In this document: positions 31,294-41,755 of the stretch, piece by piece | Numbering within the stretch: the stretch's first letter is position 1 | Layout of the letters: every line of letters starts with the position of its first letter | Source of the DNA: Sphingomonas sp. | Lineage (GTDB): Bacteria > Pseudomonadota > Alphaproteobacteria > Sphingomonadales > Sphingomonadaceae | Reading direction: 5' to 3' | Assembly: GCF_035944535.1 (NCBI RefSeq) | Contig: NZ_DASZBC010000002.1 | Span: forward strand, 34,638-98,637 | DNA length: 64,000 nucleotides | The notes under the pieces: generated by a model | What the model was told of the DNA's origin: nothing | Database searches by the model: none | Seen by the model: the letters and a program-made list of their open reading frames with translations, nothing else | Position numbers and translations under genes: made by a program

Positions 31294-32067
31294 GTGCCGC
31301 ACTTGCTGAACCCCACTTCCCGCTGGTCCCCGACCGATTACGCCAAGAATGCCGCCTTCGTGCCGGAGCTCGGCAAGGCGGTGGTGGAGCTGCTTGCCCC
31401 CCGGCCCGGCGAGCGCATCCTCGATCTCGGCTGCGGCGACGGCGTGCTGACCGAAGCTCTGGTCGCGGCCGGCGCGGAAGTGGTGGGTGTCGACGCCTCG
31501 CCCGACATGATCGCCGCCGCCAAGGCGCGCGGGCTGGACGCGCGGGTGATGGACGGACAGGCGCTGCAGTTCGACGGCGAGTTCGACGCAGTCTTCTCGA
31601 ACGCCGCTCTGCACTGGATGCTCGACCCGCCCGCCGTCGCGCGCGGTGTGTTCCGCGCCTTGAAGCCCGGCGGCCGCTTTGTCGGCGAGCAGGGCGGCGC
31701 CGGCAACATCGCCAAGCTCCGCGGCGCGCTGCGCGAGGTGCTGACCGAGCGCGGCTATCCCGTGCCGGCCGAAGACCCGCAATGGTATGCCTCTCCGCAA
31801 GAGTTCCGCGCGGTCTATAAGGGCGCCGGCTTCGGTGCCGTCGAAGCCTGGCTGATCGACCGACCCACGCCGCTGCCCGCCGGCGCCGCCGCCTGGTACC
31901 GGACCTTCCGCGCCGGCTTCCTCGATTCAGCGCAGGTTCCCGAAGCCGAAATCGACGCCGTCGTTACCGAGGCCGAAGCGCGCGCCGCCCCGGCGCTGCG
32001 CCAGCCCGACGGCCACTGGATGGCCGATTATGTCCGCCTCCGCTTCACGATGAGGAAGCCGGCGTGA
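31294..32067 (+). CDS. class I SAM-dependent methyltransferase
   Basis: 257 aa. Motif [10 protein letters not shown]. Located between gcvH and gcvPA. GTG 31294 or TTG 31303 start. Confidence 0.8.
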   Translation: MPHLLNPTSRWSPTDYAKNAAFVPELGKAVVELLAPRPGERILDLGCGDGVLTEALVAAGAEVVGVDASPDMIAAAKARGLDARVMDGQALQFDGEFDAVFSNAALHWMLDPPAVARGVFRALKPGGRFVGEQGGAGNIAKLRGALREVLTERGYPVPAEDPQWYASPQEFRAVYKGAGFGAVEAWLIDRPTPLPAGAAAWYRTFRAGFLDSAQVPEAEIDAVVTEAEARAAPALRQPDGHWMADYVRLRFTMRKPA

Positions 32068-32107
32068 GTTCGCCTCTTCCTGTGATTTCGCTGCTTGGAG
32101 TAGTGCT

Positions 32108-33466
32108 TTGAGATATCTTCCCCTCACCCAGGCCGACCGTAGCGCCATGCTGCACAAGGTCGGCGCAGCCACCATTGACGACCTGTTCGTCGATGTGCCC
32201 GCCGAAGCCCGTCTTTCTGGCCCTATCGCCGAGCTACCGAACCACGCCTCCGAACTGTCGGTCGAACGCCAGCTCTCCGCGCTCGCGCGCCGCAACACCG
32301 TTGCCGGCGCTGTGCCCTTCTTTCTTGGCTGCGGCAGCTACAAGCACCACATCCCGGCAAGCGTCGATCACCTCATCCAGCGCGGCGAGTTCCTCACCGC
32401 CTACACGCCCTATCAGCCGGAAATCGCGCAGGGCACGCTGCAGATGCTGTTCGAGTTCCAGACGCAGGTCGCGCGCCTGCTCGGCTGCGATGTCGCGAAC
32501 GCGTCGATGTACGACGGCTCGACCGCGTGCTGGGAAGCGATCACCATGGCGCGTCGGATCACCCGCCGCGCCAAGGCGCTGATCTCGGCCGGTCTGCACC
32601 CGCATTATGTCGCGGTCGCCAAGACGATGGCGCGCTTCACGGGCGACGACCTCCGCACTGCGCTGCCGAAGCTGGAGGCCGCAACCGACATCGCCACCCT
32701 GATCGATCAGATCGACGGCGACACCTCCTGCGTGGTCGTCCAATATCCCGACATCCTCGGCCGGGTCGCCGACCTGTCGCAGCTCGCCTCCCGCGCGCAT
32801 GAGAAAGGCGCGCTGCTGGTCGCCGTAGTGACCGAGCCGGTCGCGCTTGGCCTGCTCAAGTCGCCCGGCGAAATGGGCGCGGACATCGTCGTGGGCGAAG
32901 GCCAGGCGCTGGGCGTCGGACTGCAGTTCGGCGGGCCCTATGTCGGCCTGTTCGCCTGCAAGGAGAAGTTCGTCCGCCAGATGCCCGGCCGGCTGTGTGG
33001 AGAGACCGTCGATGCCGAAGGCAAGCGCGGCTTCGTGCTTACCCTTTCGACGCGTGAGCAGCACATCCGCCGCGAAAAGGCGACGTCCAACATCTGCACC
33101 AACTCCGGACTCTGTGCGCTCGCCTTCTCCATCCACATGACATTGCTGGGCGAGAAAGGCCTGCGCGGCCTGGCTGAAGTGAATCACGCCGGCGCCTCGG
33201 CAGCTGCCGAGCGGCTGACCAAGGTGCCGGGCGTCGAACTGGTCAATGACGGCTTCTTCAACGAATTCACGCTGAAGCTGTCGACGGAAGCGCGCCCGCT
33301 GGTCCGCCGCCTCGCCGAGCGCAACATCCTCGCCGGCGTGTCACTGGGCCGCCTCTATCCCGGCGTCCACGTGCTTCAGAACGGGCTGGTCGTCGCCGTA
33401 ACCGAAACCACCACGCCGGAGGACATCGAGACGCTTGCCGTCGCTATTCAGGAGGACCTGGCATGA
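32108..33466 (+). CDS. gcvPA: glycine dehydrogenase (aminomethyl-transferring) subunit 1
   Basis: 452 aa. Typical N-terminus [19 protein letters not shown] and ..[13 protein letters not shown]... Confidence 0.95.
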   Translation: MRYLPLTQADRSAMLHKVGAATIDDLFVDVPAEARLSGPIAELPNHASELSVERQLSALARRNTVAGAVPFFLGCGSYKHHIPASVDHLIQRGEFLTAYTPYQPEIAQGTLQMLFEFQTQVARLLGCDVANASMYDGSTACWEAITMARRITRRAKALISAGLHPHYVAVAKTMARFTGDDLRTALPKLEAATDIATLIDQIDGDTSCVVVQYPDILGRVADLSQLASRAHEKGALLVAVVTEPVALGLLKSPGEMGADIVVGEGQALGVGLQFGGPYVGLFACKEKFVRQMPGRLCGETVDAEGKRGFVLTLSTREQHIRREKATSNICTNSGLCALAFSIHMTLLGEKGLRGLAEVNHAGASAAAERLTKVPGVELVNDGFFNEFTLKLSTEARPLVRRLAERNILAGVSLGRLYPGVHVLQNGLVVAVTETTTPEDIETLAVAIQEDLA

Positions 33467-35058
33467 GCATGAACCGCCAGGGCCGCGTCTCCCGCCCCGA
33501 AGGCGAGACCGAAGCCAACACCGCAACCTTCACCGGCAACCGCGCGCTGATGCTGGAAGAGCCGCTGATCTTCGAAATCGGTGACGAGGAAACGACGGGG
33601 GTGGACTTGCCTTGTTCACCGGCGAAGGCCGGTGCCCAGGGTGGGCCCCGGCCTTCGCCGGGGCACATGGACGGCCTGCTCCGCACCCGCCCCATCGGCC
33701 TGCCCGGCCTCTCCGAACCCGAGGCCGTGCGCCATTACACCCGCCTCAGCCGCCAGAATTACGCGATCGACCTCGGCCTTTTCCCCCTCGGCTCGTGCAC
33801 GATGAAGCATAATCCGCGGCTGAACGAGAAAATGGCGCGGCTGCCCGGCTTTGCCGACATCCACCCGTTGCAGCCGCAGGAGACGGTGCAGGGCGCCTAT
33901 GCGCTCATCCACCTTGTCGCCGACTGGCTGTGCAAGCTGACCGGCATGCCCGCCGTCGCGATGAGCCCCAAGGCCGGCGCCCATGGCGAACTGTGCGGCC
34001 TGCTCGCGATCCGCTCGGCCTTGGAGGCGCGCGGCGATGCCCGCTCCGTCATCCTGGTTCCGGAGTCTGCGCATGGCACTAATCCGGCCACCGCCGCCTT
34101 CGCCGGCTATGCGGTCGAGAACATCCCGGCGACGCCCGCCGGTCGCGTCGACTTCGACGCGCTGGTCGCGCGACTGGGTCCCGACGTCGCCGGGGTCATG
34201 ATCACCAACCCGAACACCTGCGGGCTGTTCGAGCCGGACATGAAGCGCATCGCCGATGCGGTCCATGGCTGCGGCGGGTTCGTCTATTGCGACGGCGCGA
34301 ACTTCAACGCGATCGTCGGCCGGGTGCGTCCGGGCGATCTGGGCGTCGACGCGATGCACATCAACCTGCACAAGACCTTCTCCACCCCGCATGGCGGCGG
34401 CGGTCCCGGTTCCGGCCCGGTCGTCTTCTCGGAAGCGCTCGCGCCCTTCGCGCCCCTGCCCTTTGTCGAGAAACAGGGCGACCACTTCCACCTGGTCGAG
34501 GAAGAAACGGCAGACGAGCATCACGCCCACAGCTTCGGGCGCATGGTCGCCTTCCACGGCCAAATGGGCATGTTCACCCGCGCGGCGGCCTATATGCTCA
34601 GCCACGGCGCCGACGGACTGCGCCAGGTCAGCGAGGACGCGGTGCTCAATGCCAACTACATCCTCAGGAGCCTGGAGGATGTGTTGGACGCGCCGTTCGG
34701 CGCCAGCGGCCCCTGCATGCACGAAGCGCTCTTCTCGGACGACGGGCTCGCCGATGGCTTCACCACATTGGACATCGCCAAGGGCCTGATCGACGAAGGC
34801 TATCACCCGATGACCATGTATTTCCCGCTGGTCGTGCACGGGGCGATGCTGGTCGAGCCGACGGAGACCGAGAGCAAGGCTGCACTCGACCAGTTTATCG
34901 GCGCGCTGCGCTCGGTGGCGGAGCGGGCCAAGGCGGGCGATCCCGCGCTCAAGGCTGCACCCCACTTCGCTCCCCGCCGGCGCCTCGACGAGACGCTCGC
35001 GGCGAGGAAGCCCGTGCTGGTCTGGAAGGACCCGGAGGTGGCGCAAGCCGCCGAGTAG
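33463..35058 (+). CDS. gcvPB: glycine dehydrogenase (aminomethyl-transferring) subunit 2
   Basis: 531 aa. PLP-lysine context [20 protein letters not shown] overlap with gcvPA. Carries an in-frame family C repeat near the N-terminus. Confidence 0.94.
   Translation: MSMNRQGRVSRPEGETEANTATFTGNRALMLEEPLIFEIGDEETTGVDLPCSPAKAGAQGGPRPSPGHMDGLLRTRPIGLPGLSEPEAVRHYTRLSRQNYAIDLGLFPLGSCTMKHNPRLNEKMARLPGFADIHPLQPQETVQGAYALIHLVADWLCKLTGMPAVAMSPKAGAHGELCGLLAIRSALEARGDARSVILVPESAHGTNPATAAFAGYAVENIPATPAGRVDFDALVARLGPDVAGVMITNPNTCGLFEPDMKRIADAVHGCGGFVYCDGANFNAIVGRVRPGDLGVDAMHINLHKTFSTPHGGGGPGSGPVVFSEALAPFAPLPFVEKQGDHFHLVEEETADEHHAHSFGRMVAFHGQMGMFTRAAAYMLSHGADGLRQVSEDAVLNANYILRSLEDVLDAPFGASGPCMHEALFSDDGLADGFTTLDIAKGLIDEGYHPMTMYFPLVVHGAMLVEPTETESKAALDQFIGALRSVAERAKAGDPALKAAPHFAPRRRLDETLAARKPVLVWKDPEVAQAAE
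33613..33666. repeat. family C REP element inserted in frame within gcvPB
   Basis: gttcaccggcgaaggccggtgcccagggtgggccccggccttcgccggggcac matches the intergenic copies at 39090 and 49821. It is translated as ..[17 protein letters not shown]... Confidence 0.8.
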
Positions 35059-35109
35059 CTTGCCGCGCGCCGCCTTTTCCTTACACTGGTGACAGTAAGG
35101 GAGGGCGGC

Positions 35110-35892
35110 ATGCGCAAGGCGATCTTCATCACCGGCGGCGGATCGGGCATCGGCCGCGCGACCGCGCAGCTGTTCGCCGAGCGTGGCTGGTTCGTGGGTC
35201 TCGGAGACCTGAATGAAGCTGGCATGGTGGAGACGGCCCAGCCAATCGGTGGCGAGGTGTTCGCCACCCGCATGGATGTACGCGACCGCGGGCAATGGCG
35301 CGACGCCCTGCAGCGCTTCGTTGAGGCGAGCGGTGGCCGCCTCGACGTGCTGTTCAACAATGCCGGCATCGCCCAGGGCGGCGCGTTCGAGGCGATGAGC
35401 GAGGACGAGACCGACCGTGTCCTCGACGTCAACTTGCGCGGCGTGATCCACGGCGCCGAGGCTGGCTTGCCGCACTTGAAGGCCACGCCAGGGTCGGTGC
35501 TGGTCAATACATGTTCGGCGGCAGGGCTTTATGCAGGCGCCGGCATGTCGATCTATTGCGTCACCAAATTCGGCGTGCGCGCGCTGACGGACTCGCTCGA
35601 CGCCGAATGGCAGGAGGCGCACGGCATCAAGGTCCGCTCGATCATGCCCAGCTTCATCGACACGCCGTTGCTGAGCGGTCCGACGGCCGATTCGAACCAG
35701 AGCATGCGCGAGAAGGTCGTCGAGATGGGGCTGGAGTTCACGCCGGTCGACAAGGTTGCCGCGGCGGTGTGGGAAGCAGTGCACGGCCGGAAGCGTCACG
35801 TGCTGGTCGGAAAAACGGCGAAGCGGCTGGCCTTCATCATGCGCTGGGCACCGGGGCTGGTGAACAGGATCAGACCGAAGAGCGCAGAGTAG
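35110..35892 (+). CDS. SDR family oxidoreductase
   Basis: ATG 35110 after an AAGGGAGG RBS. TGGGSGIG motif and YCVTK catalytic motif. Confidence 0.85.
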   Translation: MRKAIFITGGGSGIGRATAQLFAERGWFVGLGDLNEAGMVETAQPIGGEVFATRMDVRDRGQWRDALQRFVEASGGRLDVLFNNAGIAQGGAFEAMSEDETDRVLDVNLRGVIHGAEAGLPHLKATPGSVLVNTCSAAGLYAGAGMSIYCVTKFGVRALTDSLDAEWQEAHGIKVRSIMPSFIDTPLLSGPTADSNQSMREKVVEMGLEFTPVDKVAAAVWEAVHGRKRHVLVGKTAKRLAFIMRWAPGLVNRIRPKSAE

Positions 35893-35898
35893 CTTTAC

Positions 35899-36007
35899 CG
35901 TCATCTCGAACTTGTTTTGGGATAAGCCATCCGGCGGCTCGTCATCCGAAAGTTGCGTCCGGCTCTACCCGGCTCAATCCCTATCCCGAAACAAGTTCGG
36001 GATGACG
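35899..36007. repeat. palindromic REP/MITE-like element, family B
   Basis: ccgtcatctcgaacttgttttggga ... tcccgaaacaagttcgggatgacg. Confidence 0.8.
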
Positions 36008-36026
36008 AAGGCTGAGGTGACGCACT

Positions 36027-37730
36027 TCACACGAACAAGCCCTTCAACTCCCGCTTCAATATCTTTCCGTTCGCGTTCCGGGGCAGTGTCTCCTCCACGA
36101 ACACCACCCGCACCGGCACCTTGAAGGGCGCCAGCCGCGCCCGCACCCAGTCCTGCAGCTCCTGCTCCGACGCCTGCTCGCCCGGCGCCAGATGCACGAC
36201 CGCCGCGGGCTCCTCGCCCAAAGTCTTGTGGGGCAAGCCGATCAGCGCCGCATCCGTTACCGCCGGGTGCTCGTACAGCGCATTCTCCACCTCGATCGAA
36301 TAGATATTCTCCCCGCCGCGGATGATGATGTCCTTCGCGCGGTCAACGATGAACAAGAATCCCTCCTCATCCAGCTTGGCGAGGTCGCCGGTGCGCACCC
36401 AGCCCCCGACGAATGTCTGCGCGGTCGCCTCCGGCTTGTTCCAATAACCGCGCACGATCATCGGCCCGCGCGCCCAGAGCTCGCCGACCGTGTTCGGCGG
36501 CAGCACGGTGACTCCGTCCTCCGCGCGGATCTCGAGGTCCGCGACGGGCACCGCAGGACCCGCGCTGTCCGGGCGGTGCAGATAATCCTCCGCGCCATGG
36601 CCGGTCACTGTCGCCATCGTCTCGGTCATGCCCCAGCCGTTTCCGGGCAGTGCGCCGAATTCCTCATGGATGCGCCGCACCAGCTCGGGCGCGGACGGGG
36701 CGCCGCCATAGGCGATGCTTTCCAGGCTCGACAGGTCGTAGTTGGGCCGGTCGGGATGTTCGAGCAGCTGCCAGGCGATCGTCGGCACGCCGCCGGTGAC
36801 GTTCACCCGCTCGCGCTCGATGATCTTCATCGCCTCGACCGCATCCCATTTGCGCATGAAGCAAAGGGTGTGCCCCGCCGCCATCGCCCCCATCAGCGTC
36901 GCCGAGCAGGCGGTGACGTGGAACAGCGGAATGACAGTCAGGAAGACTTTGGGTTCGGGCTCGGGCGGTGCCTCGCCGCGGCGCAGGAAGGCGCGCGTCG
37001 AATTATAGCCGCCCGACAATATGTTCGTCACGAGATTGCGGTGCGTACCCAGCGCGCCTTTGGGAGCGCCCGTCGTCCCGCTCGTATAGAAGATGGTCGC
37101 GTCATCGTCGGTTTCGACCTCGGCCTCAGGCAGGCTCCGGTCCGGCAGCAAAGCCCAGTCGTTCGGCCGGCCGATGATGCTCTCCAGCGTCTCCGGCCCG
37201 CCGCCGCGCGTGACGATCACATGTCGAAGCTCGGGCAGGGCCTCGCGAAACGGCGCGATCCGCTCCCAGCGCTGCGCATCGGCGATCAGCAGCTTCGCGC
37301 CTGAGTCTCTCAGGCCATATTCCAGCTCTTGCCCCGTCCACCAGGCGTTCAAGGGGACGGCGATGGCGCCAAGGCTGGTGATGGCGAAGAAGGCGACGGT
37401 CCACTCGGGCAGGTTGCGCATGACGGTCGTGACCCGGTCGCCCTTGCCGACGCCGCGCTCGTGCAGAGCCTCCGCCAGCGCCGCGATGGCGCGATATTGC
37501 GCCTCGAAACTGACGCGCTCGTCCTCAAGCACACAGGCCGCACGTGCCCCGTGCGTGCGGCTGACTTCGGCCAGCGCGCGCAGGTCTGGCGGCGCATTTT
37601 TCCAAACGCGAGTCGGCATGCCGCGGATGTCGACCGTCTCGATTTCGAATCGCTGGCCCGGTGCGCAGAGCAGCGCCTCGCATTCCTCCAGCGACAGATG
37701 CGGCCATGCCGTAGCGTCCGCCAAAGCCAT
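36027..37730 (-). CDS. AMP-dependent acyl-CoA synthetase / long-chain fatty acid--CoA ligase
   Basis: 567 aa. AMP-binding motif IFYTSGTTGAPKGA, and a C-terminal ..NGKILKREL. Confidence 0.9.
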   Translation of the reverse strand: MALADATAWPHLSLEECEALLCAPGQRFEIETVDIRGMPTRVWKNAPPDLRALAEVSRTHGARAACVLEDERVSFEAQYRAIAALAEALHERGVGKGDRVTTVMRNLPEWTVAFFAITSLGAIAVPLNAWWTGQELEYGLRDSGAKLLIADAQRWERIAPFREALPELRHVIVTRGGGPETLESIIGRPNDWALLPDRSLPEAEVETDDDATIFYTSGTTGAPKGALGTHRNLVTNILSGGYNSTRAFLRRGEAPPEPEPKVFLTVIPLFHVTACSATLMGAMAAGHTLCFMRKWDAVEAMKIIERERVNVTGGVPTIAWQLLEHPDRPNYDLSSLESIAYGGAPSAPELVRRIHEEFGALPGNGWGMTETMATVTGHGAEDYLHRPDSAGPAVPVADLEIRAEDGVTVLPPNTVGELWARGPMIVRGYWNKPEATAQTFVGGWVRTGDLAKLDEEGFLFIVDRAKDIIIRGGENIYSIEVENALYEHPAVTDAALIGLPHKTLGEEPAAVVHLAPGEQASEQELQDWVRARLAPFKVPVRVVFVEETLPRNANGKILKRELKGLFV

Positions 37731-37843
37731 TCCCTCTCTCCTGATCGGCGGTCTTGAAAAACCGCGCTTTTCCGCGGGATATTGTTGATTGCGGCCGCAC
37801 TCAAGGCGATAAGCCGCCCCGCGAAATCAGGAGAGCGAGCCCC

Positions 37844-39073
37844 ATGCAAACCGCCGATCCCGCCACTCTCGGCATGGACGCCGGACGGCTGTCGGCGATC
37901 GATCGCTTTCTCGACGAACGTTATCTGCAGACCGGGCGCTTCAAGGGCACGCAGCTGCTGGTCAGTCGCGACGGCCAGCCGGTGCATTTCTCCAGCGCGG
38001 GCACGATGCGCGACGGCCAGCCGGTCGGTCCCGACACGCTGTTCCGCATCGCCTCCATGACCAAGCCGGTGACCAGCGTCGCCTTTATGATGCTGGTCGA
38101 GGAAGGCAGGGTCGCGCTCGACGACCCGGTCCACCGGGTCATCCCGGAATGGAAGGGCTTGGGCGTCTATGATGGCGGCGGCGGCTCGGCCCCGTTCGTG
38201 ACCAAACCGACATCCGCGCCGATGCGCATGGTCGACCTGCTCCGCCACACCGCCGGCCTCACCTACAGCTTCCAGAATCGCGGCAATATCGACGCCGCCT
38301 ATCGCGATACCAAGATCGAGAATTGGCATGGCGAGCATGATCCCGACAGCGTCATCCGCACGCTCGCCGGCATCCCGCTTGAGTTTTCGCCGGGCGAAGC
38401 GTGGAATTACTCGGTCGCGACCGACATTCTCGGCCTGATCATCCAGCGGGTTGAGGGCAAGCCGCTCGATCAGGTCTTCCAGGAACGGATCTTCGGCCCG
38501 CTGGGCATGGACGACACCTTCTTCCAGGTGCCTGCCGACAAGGTCCACCGCCTCGCCGACTGTTACACCATGCACCCGCAAAAGGGCGCTGTGATGTACG
38601 ACGAAGGCGCTAAAAGCGCCTGGTCCCGCAAGCCGACGCAGTTCTCAGGCGGGGGAGGCCTTGTCTCGACCGCGGCCGACTATCACCGCTTTTGCGCCAT
38701 GTTGCTGAACGGCGGCACGCTCGATGGCGCGCGCATTCTCAGCCCGAAGACGATCGAGCTGATGACGGTCAACCACCTGCCCGGCGGCCGCGACCTCGCC
38801 AGCATGTCGCGCTCGCTGTTCAGCGAAGCGACCAATGCCGGCGTCGGCTTCGGCCTCGGCTTTGCCGTCACGATCAACCTCGCGCCCACGCTCGTCCACG
38901 GCTCGGTCGGCGAATATTATTGGGGCGGCATGTTCTCGACCGCCTTCCACATCGACCCGGTCGAGCGGCTGATCTTCATCTTCATGACCCAGCTCAGCCC
39001 ATCCAATACTTACCCGGTCCGGCGCGAGCTCAAGACGATGATCTATTCGTCAATCACGAAGAGCCGCGCGTGA
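37844..39073 (+). CDS. serine hydrolase (class C beta-lactamase / esterase family)
   Basis: ATG 37844 after a GGAG. SxxK motif ASMTKPV. Confidence 0.85.
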   Translation: MQTADPATLGMDAGRLSAIDRFLDERYLQTGRFKGTQLLVSRDGQPVHFSSAGTMRDGQPVGPDTLFRIASMTKPVTSVAFMMLVEEGRVALDDPVHRVIPEWKGLGVYDGGGGSAPFVTKPTSAPMRMVDLLRHTAGLTYSFQNRGNIDAAYRDTKIENWHGEHDPDSVIRTLAGIPLEFSPGEAWNYSVATDILGLIIQRVEGKPLDQVFQERIFGPLGMDDTFFQVPADKVHRLADCYTMHPQKGAVMYDEGAKSAWSRKPTQFSGGGGLVSTAADYHRFCAMLLNGGTLDGARILSPKTIELMTVNHLPGGRDLASMSRSLFSEATNAGVGFGLGFAVTINLAPTLVHGSVGEYYWGGMFSTAFHIDPVERLIFIFMTQLSPSNTYPVRRELKTMIYSSITKSRA

Positions 39074-39089
39074 GTTCTACGCCCTTCCT

Positions 39090-39147
39090 GTTCCCCGGCG
39101 AAGGCCGGGGCCCAGCGCGCCATGGACCCCGGCCTGCGCCGGGGAAC
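39090..39147. repeat. palindromic REP element, family C
   Basis: gttccccggcgaaggccggggcccag..ggaccccggcctgcgccggggaac. Confidence 0.85.
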
Positions 39148-39150
39148 GAT

Positions 39151-40461
39151 ATGCTGACTGCCCTCCAAACCGTCGCCGCGATCCGTGCCGGCACCACCAC
39201 CGCGCTCGCTGAGACCGAAGCCGCGATCGCCCGCATCGAGGCCGGGGACGCCGCGATCAACGCCGTCGTTGTCCGCGACTTCGAGCGGGCCCGCGAGCAG
39301 GCGCGCGCCGCCGATCAGCGGCTGGCGGACGGCGATCCCGCGCCGCTGCTCGGCCTGCCAATGACGGTCAAGGAAAGTTATGACGTGGCCGGCCTGCCCA
39401 CGACCTGGGGCTTTGCCGAGCATGCCGACCACATCGCCCATGCCGATGCCGTCGCTGTGCAGCGGCTGAAGGCCGCCGGCGCCGTGATCCTCGGCAAGAC
39501 CAACGTGCCCGTTGCGCTTGCCGACCTGCAGAGCAACAATCCCGTCTATGGCCGCACCCGCAATCCGCTGAACCCCGACCGCGTCTGCGGCGGCTCGTCG
39601 GGCGGCGCCGCGGCGGCGTTGGCAGCCGGATTCGTGGCGGCGGAGATCGGCTCCGACATCGGTGGCTCGATCCGCACGCCGGCGGCGTTCTGCGGCGTCT
39701 CGGGCCACAAGACGACTTACGGCGTCATCTCGCCCGAAGGCCATAGCTTCCCGGGCACGGACAGCGCCCGCGTGGCGCTGGGCGTGATGGGCCCGATGGC
39801 GCGTGACCCGGACGATCTCGCCGCCGTGCTGGATGTGCTCGCCGACTTCCCGCTGCCGCGCGCCGAAGCTTTCGACGCCGGCGATCTCAGCATCCTGCTG
39901 CTGCACGAACATCCGCTCGCCCCTGCCTCCGCCGAGATGAAGCGCGCGGTCGAGGCAGTCGGCCAGGCCTTCGAGCGGGCCGGAGCGGAAGTGGAGCGGG
40001 CGCCGGACATGCTTCCCGATCTGGCGGCGCAGCATCGCAACTACATGAAGATGCTGCTGACCGTGTTGTCGCGCGGCGCGCCCGCTCCGGGCGGTCAGGC
40101 GACGACGCTGTCGGCCTGGTTCGACATGCAGGACGAGCAGGCGCGCTGCATCCGCGCCTGGCAGCGGGTGTTCCGCGATTACGACGCAGTCATTGCGCCG
40201 GTGTTCGGCACCACCGCTTTCCCGCACGATGACGAGCCGACCAACACCCGCAAGCTGATCGTCGACGGCGCCGAGACGGCATTCGCCCCGCAATTCGCCT
40301 ATGCCGGCCTCGCGACCTTCCCGAACCTGCCGGCGACCAGCGTACCGCTTGCGACCGGCGCTGACGGCCTGCCGATCGGCCTGCAGGTGATCTGCGACCT
40401 GTATCGCGACCACCAGGCGATCGCGATTGCGCGCCTGGCGCATGAACTGATGAGGAGTTGA
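39151..40461 (+). CDS. amidase (amidase signature family)
   Basis: ATG 39151 lies just after the repeat. AS motif GGSSGGAAAALAAG and the Ser-cisSer-Lys context. The 38692 extension is an out-of-context read-through of the upstream gene region. Confidence 0.88.
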   Translation: MLTALQTVAAIRAGTTTALAETEAAIARIEAGDAAINAVVVRDFERAREQARAADQRLADGDPAPLLGLPMTVKESYDVAGLPTTWGFAEHADHIAHADAVAVQRLKAAGAVILGKTNVPVALADLQSNNPVYGRTRNPLNPDRVCGGSSGGAAAALAAGFVAAEIGSDIGGSIRTPAAFCGVSGHKTTYGVISPEGHSFPGTDSARVALGVMGPMARDPDDLAAVLDVLADFPLPRAEAFDAGDLSILLLHEHPLAPASAEMKRAVEAVGQAFERAGAEVERAPDMLPDLAAQHRNYMKMLLTVLSRGAPAPGGQATTLSAWFDMQDEQARCIRAWQRVFRDYDAVIAPVFGTTAFPHDDEPTNTRKLIVDGAETAFAPQFAYAGLATFPNLPATSVPLATGADGLPIGLQVICDLYRDHQAIAIARLAHELMRS

Positions 40462-40465
40462 AGAG

Positions 40466-41656
40466 ATGACGGCCAGTTTCCGGGCAGATGTCCGCGAATG
40501 GCTGGAGGCGAACTGCCCGCCCTCCATGCGTCAGCCGGTGCGCGGCGAGCAGGACATCGTCTGGGGCGGCCGCAAGGCGCAGCTGTCGCCCGACCAGCGC
40601 GCCTGGCTCGACGCCATGGCGTCGCGCGGCTGGACGGTGCCCGACTGGCCGCAAGCCTATGGCGGCGGCGGCCTCAGCCCCGAGGAAACCAAGATACTCA
40701 AACAGGAAATGGCCCGCCTCGGCTGCCGCAATCCCTTGAACAGCTTCGGCATCTCGATGCTCGGGCCGGCCATGCTCAAATACGGCACGGAGGAGCAAAA
40801 GAAGCGTTTCCTTCCACCGATCGCGCGCGGCGAGATCCGCTGGTGCCAGGGCTATTCGGAGCCCAATGCAGGGTCCGACCTCGCCGGCCTGCAAACCTCC
40901 GCCGAGGACAAGGGGGACCACTTCCTCGTCAACGGCCAGAAAGTCTGGACCTCCTATGCCGACAAGGCCGACTGGATTTTCTGCCTGGTCCGCACCTCCA
41001 AGGAGTCGAAGCACAACGGCATCAGCTTCTTGCTGTTCGATATGGAGAGCGAAGGCGTCTCGACCAAGCCGATCCTGCTGATCTCTGGCTATTCGCCCTT
41101 CTGCGAGACCTTTTTCGACAATGTGAAGGTGCCGAAGGACCAGCTCGTCGGCGAGCTCAACCGGGGTTGGGACGTCGCCAAATATCTGCTGGGCCATGAG
41201 CGCGAGATGATCTCCGGCATGGGCCTGGGCGGCGGCGGGCTCGGCTCGGGCGGCCCGGCGGCACTGGCCGAGGACGCGAAGCGCGCCGTCGGCACCGATG
41301 CGGAAGGCCGCCTTGCCGACCCGCTGCTCCGCGCCCAGATCGCGCTGTTCGAAGTGCGCGAGCGGGCGTTCCGGGCCATGTCCGAGAAGTTCATGGACGA
41401 ACTGAAGGCGGGCAAGGCGCACCCCGCCCAGCCGTCAATGATGAAATATTACGGCACCGAGCTGAACAAGGCGCGCTATGAACTGGTAATGGCGGCCGGC
41501 GGCTCCGACGCGCTCGAATGGGAGAGCGCCGAGTCCGGCGGCGGCACGAAAGCCCGCGCCTGGCTCCGCACCAAGGCCAATTCGATCGAGGGCGGCACCA
41601 GCGAGATCCAGCTCAACATCATCGCCAAGCGGATTTTGGAGCTGCCCGGCGCCTGA
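40466..41656 (+). CDS. acyl-CoA dehydrogenase family protein
   Basis: 396 aa. C-terminal ..IEGGTSEIQLNIIAKRIL.. with the catalytic-base Glu context. Confidence 0.9.
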   Translation: MTASFRADVREWLEANCPPSMRQPVRGEQDIVWGGRKAQLSPDQRAWLDAMASRGWTVPDWPQAYGGGGLSPEETKILKQEMARLGCRNPLNSFGISMLGPAMLKYGTEEQKKRFLPPIARGEIRWCQGYSEPNAGSDLAGLQTSAEDKGDHFLVNGQKVWTSYADKADWIFCLVRTSKESKHNGISFLLFDMESEGVSTKPILLISGYSPFCETFFDNVKVPKDQLVGELNRGWDVAKYLLGHEREMISGMGLGGGGLGSGGPAALAEDAKRAVGTDAEGRLADPLLRAQIALFEVRERAFRAMSEKFMDELKAGKAHPAQPSMMKYYGTELNKARYELVMAAGGSDALEWESAESGGGTKARAWLRTKANSIEGGTSEIQLNIIAKRILELPGA

Positions 41657-41663
41657 CCGCATG

Positions 41664-41740
41664 CTCCCCGGCGAAGGCCGGGGCCCAGGAATCCCCAAGC
41701 ACCTAAACCTGCCACTCTGGATCCCGGCCTCCGCCGGGAA
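41664..41740. repeat. palindromic REP element, family C
   Basis: ctccccggcgaaggccggggcccag ... atcccggcctccgccgggaa. Confidence 0.8.
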
Positions 41741-41755
41741 ACGAAAGACAAGCAC

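Noticed and set aside
33616-35904. 762-aa minus-strand ORF spanning gcvPB and the SDR gene
   Set aside because: It crosses two well-supported plus-strand genes and an intergenic gap, and its composition is low-complexity.
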